Positions 24,149 to 36,499 of a stretch of 64,000 nt of DNA are shown here, piece by piece. The DNA lies in contig OX597830.1 of the NCBI GenBank assembly GCA_951406725.2, positions 10,602,001 to 10,666,000 on the forward strand, in the 5' to 3' direction. Below the pieces are notes generated by a model. It had not been told where the DNA came from. It saw nothing but the letters and a program-made list of their open reading frames with translations, and ran no database searches. The position numbers and the translations under genes are program-made. Each line of letters begins with the position of its first letter. Position 1 is the stretch's first letter. Origin of the DNA: Octopus vulgaris. Taxonomy: Eukaryota.

Positions 24149-24319
24149 TACACATGCATATGTTCATGTGTTAATTGATCAAAACCATTTCAGTCCCAGT
24201 TGAAATTACTCCGCATCTGGAGCAGATACAACATCAACAACGACAGCAACAACATCGAAAGTACCCAGGTTTTGTTTATTTAACATTTTTATACTTACGC
24301 TACCTTTACTACAACCAGC

Positions 24320-24930
24320 AGCCCCATCACCACCACCACCACCACCACCACCACCACCACCATCATTAGTTTCAGCATCACATGTATTGCTACAGACATC
24401 ACCATCATCATCATCATCATCGTACAAAGAATCTCTACCAGCTTGACATTCCCCACCCCTGTCATCACCACTAACACTAGTACCACTACAATAATTATCA
24501 TCACCACTGCCTCCTCCATCACTGAACCACTACAGCCAATACTATCACCACCACCACCACTACCACCAAGACCGATAACTCTACTACTACCAACACCACC
24601 ACAACAACAATACTATTACCAACATTACACTCCACCACTACCTCCACTACTATCACTACTACCACCACAGACAATAATACAATCATCACCACCAATAACG
24701 CAACTGCTACCACAACCACTACGACAACTACCACCACCACCACCACAACCACCTCTACCACTACTATCACTACTAATACTACCACCTCCAACAATAACAT
24801 GATCATCAACACCAATTCAACCACCACAACCATTACTGCCACTATCACCGTATTACTACCTCCCCTCTCAACCACTACCACCATCACCACCATCACCACC
24901 ACCGCCGCCATCATCATCATCCTCATCCCG
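24320..24930. repeat. (CAC)n/(CAT)n/(ACT)n low-complexity tract
   Basis: Direct inspection. Confidence 0.9.
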
Positions 24931-24985
24931 GTTACCATGTCTCAATACGAATGTCCATGTTCTTCAGAGTAAACACTACAAGCAG

Positions 24986-25153
24986 CTGGTAGTGATCTGT
25001 CGAGAGACCACAACAACAGCAACAACAACGAGAACACCACCACCACCACTACCACCAACAACAACAACATACTGATTACATCACCTCAAAAGAAACAGTA
25101 TAAACTGCACATCAAACCATTACAGCCGTTAAACCGAAATGGAAGTCGAACGG
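24986..25153 (+). CDS. candidate 168-bp symmetric exon (GSDLSRDHNNSNNNENTTTT...KQYKLHIKPLQPLNRNGSRT)
   Basis: One open frame, CAG| acceptor (weak pyrimidine tract), G|GTAAAT donor, length divisible by 3. Confidence 0.22.
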
Positions 25154-25458
25154 GTAAATACAATAACATTGGTTGATCTTTCCAAGCAGGAGAGAACATT
25201 GTTGGGGTGTTTTGATAATTGCGGGTGGATGTTGACTTTTATATGTCGTCACTAACAACTATTTCAACATCCGCTTGATTTTATACATTGGCGAGGCTCT
25301 GTTTTGTTTTCGTTTTGTTTTGTTTTAAATTTTATTTTATTTCATTTTATTTTATTTTATTGTTTTAAATCATCGTAGCTGTACCAGTTTGAGAAGTAGT
25401 TTGTATCTCAAGAATGTTGGGAACTATGAGAATTGTCTCAGTTTTGCTGCAAAGCGCC

Positions 25459-26265
25459 TTAACCATTTAACATTCAAACTGCCCATCATCATCGTTTAAC
25501 GTCCGCTTTCTATGCTAGCATGGGTTGGACGATTTTGAGGCTCCAATCTTGATCTGGCAGAGTTTCTACAGCTGGATGCCCTTCCTAACGCCAACAACTC
25601 CGAGAGAGTAGTGGGTGCTTTTTACGTGCCACCGGCATGGGGGCCAGTCAGGCGATACAGGCAATGACCTCGCTCGAATCTTTTTACACATGCCACCGGC
25701 ATGTGTAAACGGCGATGTTGGTAACGATCACACTCAAATGGTGCCCTTTTACGTGCCACGGGTACGGAGGCCAGTTGGCTGCTCTGGCAACAATCATGCT
25801 CGGATGGTGCTTTTGGCACCCTACTAACATGGGCACAAGAGTCAGTAAGGCGACACTGGTAATAATCACACTCGAATGGTGCCAGGCCAAAATATTGTAC
25901 CTGTTTTAGGTTCAACCTGCCATATCCAGCCTCTTACACCTACCCTACAATGCCCTTCTAAAACTAAACAGTCACATCATGAAAATCTCAAAGCTCTGAG
26001 ATAATGTATGATTAATTCAAAGCAATGGGAATAAGCAAGCATTACATTCGTACAGAGTACTCTAAATACTAAAGTCATATCCTGCAAATATTCTGTTTCA
26101 TGTTCAAACTGGCCAGATCCAGCCTCTCACACCTACCTTACAATGTCCTTCTAAAAATAAACAATCACATCGTGAAAATCTCAAAACTGCAAGATGATGC
26201 GTGACTAATTCAAAACAATGCGAATAAATAAGCAGTGAATTTGACAGAATGATCGGAACGATAAA
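25459..26265. mobile_element. TTAA-type MITE (tandem dimer) with nested RTE 3' tail at 25485-25885 (minus)
   Basis: TTAACCATTTAACATTCAAACTG start; two copies of CCAGCCTCT(T/C)ACACCTAC(C/T)TACAATG...; same family as 7315-8421. Confidence 0.7.
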
Positions 26266-26548
26266 TGATTTCCGCTGTATAGCCATGGGTCGACCCAAAA
26301 GCCAAGTGACCGGAATTGGTAGAAAGAGAATCTTCCACACAGTTTCCATCTGCCAAATTCACTCACAAGACTTTGGTCAGCCCACAGCCATAACAAAAGA
26401 CATTTGGCCAAAATGTCATGCCATGGAAATCAACCGGAAACCAAACGCCTGGAAAGCAAGCTTTGGAATCATGTAGTCGTGTTGGCACCATTTTTGGTAT
26501 ATCAGAAACAAGTGTATTTTTTTGTATTATTCTATCTTTTTTTTTTTG

Positions 26549-26850
26549 TAAGGCAGCAAGCTGGCAGAATCACGAACACACCAAACCAAATGATTAGCGG
26601 CATTTCCCCTGTCTTTGAAAACGGTGAACTGGCAGAATCATTACCATGCTGTACAAAATGCTTAGCGACATTTCATCTGTCTTTATGTTCTGAGTTCAAA
26701 TTCCAGCGAGGTCGACTTTGCTTTCACCCTTCAGGGATCGATGAAATGAGTACCACTTACACATTGGGGGTCAATGTAATTGACTTGCTCCCTCCTTACA
26801 AAAAATTTCAGGCTTTGTACCTATAGTAGAAATGATTATTATTATTATTA
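26549..26850 (+). mobile_element. SINE family M, tail type A, with duplicated head
   Basis: CTGGCAGAATC head twice (about 26560 and 26630), then core and ...GTAGAAATG(ATT)n tail. Confidence 0.8.
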
Positions 26851-26853
26851 TTA

Positions 26854-27097
26854 TTAACCCTTTCGTTACTATATTTCTGACCAAAATACACCCCTCATGA
26901 GTTTCAATTAAATTCTAAAATAATCATGAATCTAGGCTTGTTTCATTAAATAACTGTAACTTTTTTACTTATCAATATATTAATGTGATATTTGGAACGT
27001 AATTAAAGAACGGGTTCTTAATCAATTCTATTGCATAACTTTTGTCTCAAAGTGACTTTAATTACAGATAAATCCAGGTAAATTGAGCAAAAGGTAA
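26854..27097. mobile_element. second TTAA/CCC-type MITE
   Basis: TTAA-CCCTTTCGTTAC ... GAGCAAAAGG-TAA (right end decayed). Confidence 0.5.
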
Positions 27098-27174
27098 AAA
27101 AGAACCCTGCTGCATGTGTGTGTGTGTGTTTACCTCTTCATCATGACACTGCATAATAGCTGTAAACAATTGTC

Positions 27175-27336
27175 ATTTGACTATGGCCAAGCTGGAGCAT
27201 CGCCTTTAGTCAAACGAATCAACCCCAGGACTTATTCTTTGTGAGCCGGGTACTTATTCTATCGGTCTCTTTTGCCAAACCGCTAAGTTACAGGGACATA
27301 AACCATTTGTCAAGCAATGGTGATGGGGACAAACTG

Positions 27337-27345
<9 letters not shown>
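27175..27345 (-). mobile_element. SINE family O, 3' half
   Basis: GCTGGAGCATCGCCTTTAGTC...TACTTATTCTATCGGTCTCTTTTGCC. Confidence 0.8.
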
Positions 27346-27381
<36 letters not shown>

Positions 27382-27422
27382 TATACATATACATGTATAT
27401 ACAAATACGTATACATACAAAT

Positions 27423-27461
<39 letters not shown>

Positions 27462-27463
<2 letters not shown>

Positions 27464-27850
27464 TGGAGGTGCAATGGCCCAGTGGTTAGGGCAGCGGACT
27501 CGCGGTCATAGGATCGCGGTTTCGATTCCCAGACCAGGCGTTGTGAGTGTTTATTGAGCGAAAGCACCTAAAAGCTCCACGAGGCTCCGGCAGGGGGTGG
27601 TGATGATCCCTGCTGTACTCTTTCACCACAACTTTCTCTCACTCTTACTTCCTGTTTCTGTTGTACCTGTATTTCAAGGGGCCGGCCTTGTCACTCTCTG
27701 TGTCATGCTGAATATCCCCGAGAACTACGTTAAGGGTGCACGTGTCTGTGGAGTGATGAGTCACTTACACGTTAATTTCACGAGCAGGCTGTTCCGTTGA
27801 TTCGGATCAACCGGAACCCTCATCGTCGTAACCGACGGAGTGCTTCCATT
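27462..27850 (+). mobile_element. tRNA-derived SINE family R (full length); partial copies at 38050-38215 and 49575-49745
   Basis: A box TGGCCCAGTGG, B box GGTTTCGATTCC, then non-tRNA body GAGAACTACGTTAAGGG...TTAATTTCACGAGCAGGCTGTTCC shared with two other loci. Confidence 0.85.
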
Positions 27851-28037
27851 TATCCATATATATATATATAATAAAATAGGGTAATAATAAATAAACGAAT
27901 TAGTCATTAGACTATATATTATTCATATAGAAATACAATAAAAGGCTTCCAAATAAGGGAGTGTTGTGCTAGAACACAAAAAAGGGATAAATTCACGAAA
28001 GGAATGAAAATTAAAAACATTTACCATCTCAACTATA

Positions 28038-28107
28038 TCCCAGACCGACGGTTTCTAACTATTTCCAGCAAAAAAATATTCACTGAAGTCAAGTTTCTTC
28101 AGTGGGA
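28038..28107 (-). ncRNA. type I hammerhead ribozyme motif
   Basis: Minus strand: TCCCA-CTGAAGA-AACT...(40-nt stem II)...AGTT-A-GAAA-CC-GTC-GG-TC^-TGGGA. Stem I TCCCA/TGGGA, stem III ACC/GGT, GUC cleavage triplet. Confidence 0.8.
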
Positions 28108-28189
28108 CAGCCTTGATCATCCTGACGCAGAGACCTGCTAGATATATACATATATACATATACATGCACATATATATATACATATACAT

Positions 28190-28247
<58 letters not shown>

Positions 28248-28452
28248 TTAGTACATCATAAAGGTGGTGTCGTTCATTTCCAATCTCTACGACGACATGT
28301 TCAGTCATGTGGAAAATATGATTTAGCTTGGAAACAAGCGCAGGTTGATGACAGGAAGAGCATCTGGTTGTAGAAAGTCTACCTCATCAAATTCTGTCAG
28401 ACCCAGGTAAGTAAGCATGGAAAAGTGGACATTAAAATCAACATTGATGACA

Positions 28453-29700
28453 TCTTTTGTAATTAGTGTAACATTCATAATTAGTATGTCATTTGTAATT
28501 AGAGAATTGTTGTAATTAGTGTAACAAATGTAATTAGCATGTCTTACCTAATTATCAGATCACCTGTCATAAGTAGTACATTTTTTGTAATAGGTGTATT
28601 AAAATTAGTTTTCTATAATTAATGTCTTCTATAATTAGCATCTTTTATAATTAATAACCTATTGTAATTAGTATAACTTTTGTGATCAGTATATCTTTTA
28701 CAATAAGTAAAATCTTGTAATTAGTGTCTTTCTCAAATTAGTACATCTTATATAATTATATCTTTTGTAATTAACAGAGCTGTTGTAATTAGTATATTTT
28801 GCTATTAGCATGTCTTTTATAATTAATATGTCATTTGTAATCACTGTATCTTTCATAATTAGTGTAACATTCATATTTAGTACATCTTTTGTAATTAGCT
28901 TATCTTTAGTGGTAGGTACTATATTTGTAATTAATATATCTATTTTAATTAGTGTATCTTTTGTAATTAGTAAATCTTTAGAAATAAGTTATGTTTTGTA
29001 ATTCGTATAGCTTTTACAATTAACATCTTTCTCTAATTACTACACTTAATGTAATTACTATATCTTTTGTAATTAACATAGCTTTTGCAATTAGTATGTC
29101 TTTTCTAATTAGTGTATCTTTTATAACCAGAATATTTTCTGTAGTTAGTATAAAATTCATAATTAGCAAATCCTTGGTAATTAGCTGATCCATTATAGTA
29201 AGTACTATTTTCATAATTAGTATATTTATATTGTAATTAGTGTATCTTAAGCATCTTTTCCTAATTAGCATATCTTATAAAATTATTATAGGATTTTTGT
29301 AATTAGTATATCTTAGACTATATCTAATTAGTATATCTTATATAATTAGTATAGGTTTCGTAACTTGTATCTATCACAATTAGAATATCTTTTATATTCA
29401 TTACATTTTCCTTAATTAGTGCATCTTGTAATATGTCCATCATTAGTCATTAGGACATCATTTACAATTAGGAGATATTTAGTAATTAAATTTTGCTTTG
29501 TAACTAGAACATGTTTTGTAATTAGTATATATTTATTAATTAGTCTGCAAATTATAATTATATATTTTATAATTCATATATATTTTTTTAATTAGTATGT
29601 GTTTGTAATTAGTAGATATTTTGTAATTTGTATATTGTTTGCAATTAGTATAAATTGTAATTAGGATGTTTTTAATTAAAACGTACATCCTTTGCAATTA
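28453..29700. repeat. degenerate AT-rich minisatellite with an 18-bp unit (consensus about TAATTAGTATATCTTTTG)
   Basis: TAATTAG recurs with about 18-bp period over about 1.25 kb. Confidence 0.85.
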
Positions 29701-29719
29701 AGATGCATCTTTTATCTAT

Positions 29720-30294
29720 TATCTTTTACTTGTTTCAGTCATTATACTGTGGCCATACTGGAACACCGTCTCGAAGCATTTTTCATACTTATTCTATCAA
29801 TTTCTATTACTGAACCGCTAAGTTACAGTGACATAAACAAACCAACACCCACCAGTTGTCAAGTGACGATGAGGAACAAATACACACACAAACACACACA
29901 CTCACAGACACACATACATATCTACCACAGGCTTCTTTCAGTTTCTGTCTACCGAATCCACTCACAAGGCTTTGACCAGCCCAAGACGATAGTAGAAGAC
30001 ACTTGCCCAAGGTCCCATGAAGTGGGACTGAATCCGGAACTATGTGGTTGGGAAGCAAGCTTCTTATTTCTTTATTGCCCACAAGGGGCTAAACATAGAG
30101 GGGACAAACAAGGACTGAAAAAGGGATTAAGTCGATTATATCGACCCCAGTGCATAACTGTACTTAATTTATCGACCCCCGAAAGGATGAAAGGCAAAGT
30201 CGACCTCGGCAGAATTTGAACTCAGAACGTAATCGCGGACGAAATACCGCTAAGCATTTCGCCCAGCTTCTTAACACACAGCCACACCTGCACC
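29720..30294 (-). mobile_element. SINE family O with nested family M SINE (30065-30264)
   Basis: The nested copy is flanked by the TSD AGCTTCT inside the host's tRNA head. Confidence 0.88.
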
Positions 30295-30302
30295 TATATA
30301 TA

Positions 30303-30710
30303 TCATCATCATCATCATCATCATCGTTTAGCGTCCGCTTTCCATGCTAGCATGGGTTGGACGGTGCAACTGGGGTCTGGGAAGCCAGGAAGCCGCACCA
30401 GGCCCAGTCTGATCTGGCTGTGTTTCTACGGCTGGATGCCCTTCCTAACGCCAACCACTCCGTGAGTGTAGTGGTTGCTTTTTACGTGCCACCTGCACAG
30501 GTGCCAGACAAGTCTGGCAAACGGCCACAGTCGGATGGTGCTTTTTACGTGCCACTGGCACGGAGGCCAGGCGAGGCTGGCAAACGGCCACGGTCGGATG
30601 GTGCTTTTTACGTGCCACTGGCACGGAGGCCAGGCGAGGCTGGCAACGGCCATGATCGGATGGTGCTTTTTACGTGCCACCGGCACGGAAGCCAGTCAGC
30701 GCGGCACTGT
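30303..30710 (-). mobile_element. RTE LINE 3' end with about 3-4 internal repeat units
   Basis: (CAT)nCGTTTAGCGTCCGC...; (TA)n on both sides. Confidence 0.9.
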
Positions 30711-30729
30711 ATATATATATATATATATA

Positions 30730-30897
30730 TACAACAGACTTCTTCCAGTTTCTATTTACCAAAATCCACTCACAGGGCTTTGGTCAGCCAGAGGCTATAG
30801 TAGGAGACATCTGCTCAAGGTGCCATGCAGTGGGACTGAACCTAGAACCATGTGGCTCGGAAGCAGGCTTCTTACCACAGAGCCACACCTGCACCTG
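30730..30897 (-). mobile_element. SINE family O, 5' half
   Basis: AAATCCACTCACA...GTGGGACTGAACCTAGAACCATGTGG. Confidence 0.8.
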
Positions 30898-31001
30898 TAT
30901 AAAGACAGGATTAACTTCAATGCATTGCAGTCTGGCTATGGCTTAACTAACCAAAACTTCGAAGTCACTGTCAACAATGTTCCCATTTAAGAATGATAAA
31001 T

Positions 31002-31049
<48 letters not shown>

Positions 31050-31063
<14 letters not shown>

Positions 31064-31427
31064 GGCAGTTTGTCTGTGTGTGTGTCTGTGTGTCTGTCAG
31101 GTTGTACCCTCACCCTGACCATGGCTTTCAACCGATTCTGATGAAACTTGACACACACATAGCCCAATGTCATAATTCAAAACTAACGCAGCGAAAATTT
31201 TGAAAAGTTCCCCCAGTTCTGAAAATAATCGATAAATTCGACATGGGGTCGAGAATCAGAAACACAAACCACAGACTGTCTAGGGGACGCAACTCGACCT
31301 TTTTAACTCTCAAAAAAATTTACCATAATTTTTTTCCCATTTTTTCTATTTTTTGGCTATAACTCTCTAAAAATGCTTTATAGTTATTTCCCTTACAAAC
31401 CCGAGCAACGCCGGGCGATACTGCTAG
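31050..31427 (+). mobile_element. non-autonomous Helitron
   Basis: (TA)nAACGGCAGTTTGTCTGTG start; 3' hairpin CCCGAGCAACGCCGGG followed by CTAG|T. Confidence 0.85.
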
Positions 31428-31629
31428 TATATATATATATATATATATATATACATGCGAGTGTGAGTGTGAGTGTGCACTGAAGTGCTAGTGAGTGAGT
31501 GTAATTTGGTGTGATGCCTTCCATCACAGAAACGGTTCAACATTTCCATGTTTCATGGATTACATGGGATGTTGTTGTTGTAGTTGTTGTTAAAGTACAG
31601 AGAAAAAAGTACAAAGCAGACAGACATAC

Positions 31630-32710
31630 GCTACCACTACCATTATAGGTACTACGGCCTCGACACTGTCATCAGCACCAACACCACCACCATCACTATC
31701 GCCACCACCACCGTCATTAACATCACCATCACCACCACCGTTACCATTACTACCATCACCACCAGCACCGCCATCATCATCATCATCACCACCACCACCA
31801 ACACAATCATCACCACTACCATTACCATCATCACCACCACCACCATCATCATCACCACCACCACCAGTACCTCCACCACCATCATCACCACCACCACCAC
31901 CAACCCCATCATCACCACTACCATTGCCACCATCCCTGCTCCTACCACCACCATTACCATTACCACCACCACCATTACCACCACCACTACCACCACCATC
32001 ATCACCACCACTGCCACCATTACCACCACCGTTCCTATCATCAACACTACTGATATATCTGTACTGTCACCTCCACTATTTCTACCACTACCACCACCAC
32101 CACAACACCACTCCACCACCACTCTACCACCACCACCACTGCAACTCTGTGTTCATAGCTGAACTAACCAGATGTTATTTCTGAGTAGAGACCTCATCAT
32201 TCAAAGGAAGTTTTTGAATGTGAATGAAGCAGTGAGGGAGGAGGAGGAGGAGGGGAAGGAGGAGGAGGAGGAGGGGGAGGAGGAGGAGACGCTTAGTAAG
32301 AGAGTGGTGGGTAGTGCAGTGGACAGGGGCAGGTGCGTGGGTGAGGAGGGAGGGACTGACAGTCGATGAGAGGGGGTGGGGAGGTTGAGTTTAGCATTTC
32401 ATTTGTCTTACATGATGATGACGATGATGATGATGATGATGATGACGGTGGTGGTGATGGTGGTAGTGGTATTGGATGTGGTGGCATTCATGATGTTACC
32501 ATGATGACGGTGAAGAATGTGAATGCAATGTTGTAGTGGAGGAGAGGAGGATGGAGGGGAGGAGGAAGATGATGGCGATAAATGATGTGGGGGTGGAGGA
32601 TATCAAGGTAAGAAGGAGGAGGAGGAGAAGGAAGAAGGAGAAGAAGGAGAAGAAGAAGAAGAAGAAGAAGAAGAAGAAGGAGGAGGAGGATGATAATAAT
32701 GATAATGATT
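31630..32710. repeat. (ACC)n, (GAG)n, (GAT)n and (AAG)n trinucleotide tracts
   Basis: Direct inspection. Confidence 0.9.
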
Positions 32711-32724
32711 TCAAATTTTGGTAC

Positions 32725-33070
32725 AAGACTGTGGCCATGCTGGGGCACCACCTTGAGTAATTTTAGTCAAATGAATCAACCCCAAATACTTATTCTTTTA
32801 AAGCCTGATACTTATTCTATCAGTCTCTTTTGCTGAACTGCTATGTTATGTAAACACACCAATACCAGTTGTCAAGTGGTTGTGGGGAACAAAAACAGAC
32901 ACAAAGACAGACGCAAAGACACACACATACTATAGGTTTCTTTCAGTTTCCATCTACCAAACCCATTAACAAGGCTTCAGTAGAAGATACATGCCCAAGG
33001 TGCCACACAGCAAGATTGAACCTGGAACCAAGTGATTGGGCAAAAAACTTCTTAACCACACAGCCATGCA
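32725..33070 (-). mobile_element. SINE family O (diverged)
   Basis: Family modules in order. Confidence 0.8.
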
Positions 33071-33329
33071 TCAAGTTTACTTCATTCTCTGTAAAATGAA
33101 AAAATGAACAGATTTAATTGATTTTCAAGCCTTATTGATGTCTCATCAGAGGTGTTTGCATCTCTTGTCAGCTTTGTCAGGGCTTTCTACTCCCACAAAA
33201 TGTCTCACTCTAAAACTGGGGCCTGGTTGTTTTCTTATTCTGTTTCCAACTTCTTTCTAATCCAATTCATTTCCATTCACTTTTAAAATCAATTCTGATT
33301 TAACTGACCATTTTATTTTGGTTTTTTAA

Positions 33330-33592
33330 TTCTAGGTGGTTGGCATTTGGAAGGGCATCCAGCTGTAAAAATCATGCCAAAACAGGCTTTGCTGGTGCTG
33401 GTGCCACGTAAAAAGCACTCAGTCCACTTTGGGGAGTGGTTGGTGTTAGGAAGGGCATTCAGCCATAAAAACCCTACAAAAAACAGGCACAGAAGCCTGG
33501 AGTAGTCTTCCACCTGGCTGGTTCCTATCAACCATCTTACCCATGCATGCATGCATGGAAGATCGATGTTAAACAATGATGATGATGATGAT
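33330..33592 (+). mobile_element. RTE LINE 3' tail
   Basis: GGAAGGGCATCCAGC twice; ends GTTAAACAAT(GAT)n. Confidence 0.75.
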
Positions 33593-33640
33593 TTATATTC
33601 TCATATCTTTAGTATATTTTTACACAATTACTTATATAAC

Positions 33641-33962
33641 GCATGGCTCAGTGTCGAGCTTACGATCATGAGGTTGTGAGTTCAAATCCCGGACCGGGCT
33701 GCATGTTGTGTTCTTGAGCAAGAAACTTTATTTTATGTTGCTCCAGTTCACTCAGCTGTAGAAATGAGTTGCAACGTCACAGGTGCCAAGCTGTATCAGC
33801 CCCTTTGCCTTTCCCTTGGACAACACAAGTGGCATGGAGAGGGGGGGGCCAGTATGCATGGGCAACTGCTGGTCTTCCATAACCAACCTTGCCCAGACTT
33901 GTGCCTAGGAGGGTAACTTTCTAGGTGCAATCTCAAGGTCAGTCGTGACCGAAGGGGGTCTC
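33641..33962 (+). mobile_element. tRNA/CORE-like SINE family C
   Basis: GCATGGCTCAGTG...GAGTTCAAATCCC head; GTGTTCTTGAGCAAG...CACTCAGCTGTAGAAATGAGT core. Confidence 0.85.
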
Positions 33963-34022
33963 AGAGACTTAGATAACGGTAATTTTTTACGCTACTTTTT
34001 GTTACATATTTTTATTACTCAA

Positions 34023-34240
34023 AGGTGGTGAGCTGGCAGAATTGTTAGCATGCTGGGCAAAATGCTTAGTGGTATTTCGTCTGTCTTTACATTCCGAGTT
34101 CAAATTCTGCCGAGGTTGACTTTGCTTTTCATCCTTTTGGGGTTGATAAATTAAGTACCAGTTGCATAATGGGGTCGATCTAATCAACTAGCCCCCTCCC
34201 TCAAAATTTGGAGCCTTGTGCCTAGAGTAGAAAAGAATAT
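34023..34240 (+). mobile_element. SINE family M, tail type A (full length)
   Basis: Head, core and ...GCCTTGTGCCTAGAGTAGAAAAGAATAT tail. Confidence 0.9.
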
Positions 34241-34246
34241 TCTTTA

Positions 34247-35088
34247 CTAGCAGAATTTCCCGGCGTTGCTCGAGGCTGAATTGCTTGAAAGTACTGTTAA
34301 TGATTGCACTGAATTATGATGATTATTCAGGCAAATATTGATATAAGTTTACCGTGGGAGATAAGGACTTAACGATCAAACGTGTGCCATTGCATTGTTT
34401 TGGGGGAACCAAATTTCTGATGAGCATTATAGGGGCACCAACTTTAAGTTTGAGAAAGTGTGGTGGTAGTCCGGGGTGCTCAAAGGAATTGAGTACCTCT
34501 ATTGGATAGTTGATGACGTCCTCTGGGTCAGGAGTTGTATCGATAGACTGATATACATAGACTTCCCCAGGAATGAGTTTTAGCATTTCATCATTAATAT
34601 GGTGAACAGTTTTATTCCTCGGCGCCAGTATAGCCTTTTTGCCAATCCAATCCATATTCTGATTAGCTTGTAGATCTGGGAACACTGCATCTCTGAGATC
34701 AGAAGGCGTCTTAACAATGGTACAAATGGAATCGATGGCAATATTACCATTTTCATCCCCTGGTATTTTTCCTTCGCCAAGTGCAAGGAGGGTGTGAGGA
34801 AATGCTGCTGATGTGATATTACGTCGCATATGAGCACGCATATTGGTGTGAAGTTTGAGAGTTACTTCCCTTTATTTAAGAAAATATGCATTAAAATGGA
34901 AAAAAATGATGGTAAATTATTTGTAAAATCATAGACTCATCGTAGACGCGCGCTAATACCCAGAAGGGCTCGATATGAATCACGACTATAAGATACCCGG
35001 TTTTGGTTAAACTGCATCGCAAAATGTGGGAGTAGTTAGGAATCTAAATTGGAGTAGACAGACACACAACCTTTCTTTTATATATAAA
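34247..35088 (-). mobile_element. internally deleted Helitron carrying a Pif1 helicase fragment
   Basis: ORF 34323..34841: AILAPRN...INDEML...YQSID...YPIEVLNS...GLPPHFLKLKVGAPIMLIRNL...CNGTRLIV (RepHel Pif1 region). 5' T(T)TATATATAAAAG; 3' hairpin CTCGAGCAACGCCGGG plus CTAG|T. Confidence 0.93.
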
Positions 35089-35090
35089 TA

Positions 35091-36447
35091 TTTTCGTCCT
35101 AAAAAACTTTGCATGGATTGAATGGTTACCTCTATGGAAATATATACACGCACATTATACATACATGTGTGTATAGATGAATATATAAATACATTTAAAT
35201 ATCTATATACACTTTTGGGCGATCTTTCTGTTTCTTAGAGATAACTTTAGATCTTATTTTCGTCCTAAAAAACTTTGTATGGAGTGAATGGTTACCTCTA
35301 TGGAAATATATACACACACGTTATACATACATGTGTGCATAGATGAATATATAAATACATTTATATATCTATATACACTTTTGGGCGATCTTTCTGTTTC
35401 TTAGAGATAACTTTAGATCTTATTTTCGTCCTAAAAACTTTGTATGGAGTGAATGGTTACCTCTATGGAAATATATACACACACGTTATACATACATGTG
35501 TGCATAGATGAATATATAAATACATTTATATATCTATATACACTTTTGGGCGATCTTTGTGCTACTTAGAGATAACTTTAGATCTTATTTTCGTCCTAAA
35601 AAACTTTGTGCGGAGTGAATGGTTACGTCTATGGAAATATATACACACACATTATACATACATCTGTGTATAGATGAATATATAAATACATTTAAATATC
35701 TATATACACTTTTGGGCGATCTTTCTGCTACTTGTATATACTTTAGATCTTATATTCGCCCTAAAAAACTTTGTATGTAGTGAAAGGTTACCTCTATGGA
35801 AATATATACACACACATTATACATACATCTGTGTATAGATGAATATATAAATACATTTAAATATCTATATACACTTTTGGGCGATCTTTCTGCTACTTGT
35901 ATATACTTTAGATCTTATATTCGTCCTAAAAAACTTTGTATGGAGTGAAAGGTTACCTCTATGGAAATATATACACACACATTATACATACATCTGTGTA
36001 TAGATGAATATATAAATACATTTAAATATCTATATACACTTTTGGGCGATCTTTCTGCTACTTGTATATACTTTAGATCTTATATTCGTCCTAAAAAACT
36101 TTGTATGGAGTGAAAGGTTACCTCTATGGAAATATATACACACACATTATACATACATCTGTGTATAGATGAATATATAAATACATTTAAATATCTATAT
36201 ACACTTTTGGGCGATCTTTCTGCTACTTGTAATACTTTAGATCTTATTTCGATATACTTTAGATCTTATATTCGTCCTAAAAACTTTGTATGGAGTGAAA
36301 GGTTACCTCTATGGAAATATATACACACACATTATACATACATCTGTGTATAGATGAATATATAAATACATTTAAATATCTATATACACTTTTGGGCGAT
36401 CTTTCTGCTACTTGGATATAGGTCTTATATTCGTCCTAAAAAACTTT
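35091..36447. repeat. satellite array, 8 units of about 165 bp plus a partial unit
   Basis: T(T/A)TTCG(T/C)CCTAAAAAACTTTG recurs at 35091, 35257, 35423, 35588, 35753, 35918, 36083, 36269 and 36428. Confidence 0.95.
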
Positions 36448-36499
36448 CCTGTCACACTCACACGCACACACACACACACGCACACACACACACACGTTA

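Noticed and set aside
27462-27535. Functional tRNA gene (also 11786-11858)
   Set aside because: A and B boxes are present but the acceptor and T stems are imperfect, there is no oligo-T terminator, and the sequence continues into repeat bodies.
31584-32162. 192-aa Thr-rich mucin-like ORF (also the Pro-rich ORF 24443..24802)
   Set aside because: (ACC)n low-complexity tracts open in several frames; no proper start, signal peptide or splice support.
33110-33155. Other CTGATGA/CTGAAGA matches (e.g. near 6997, 31138, 33149 minus, 34418, 45926, 47380 minus)
   Set aside because: No compatible stem I, GAAA and NUH arrangement.
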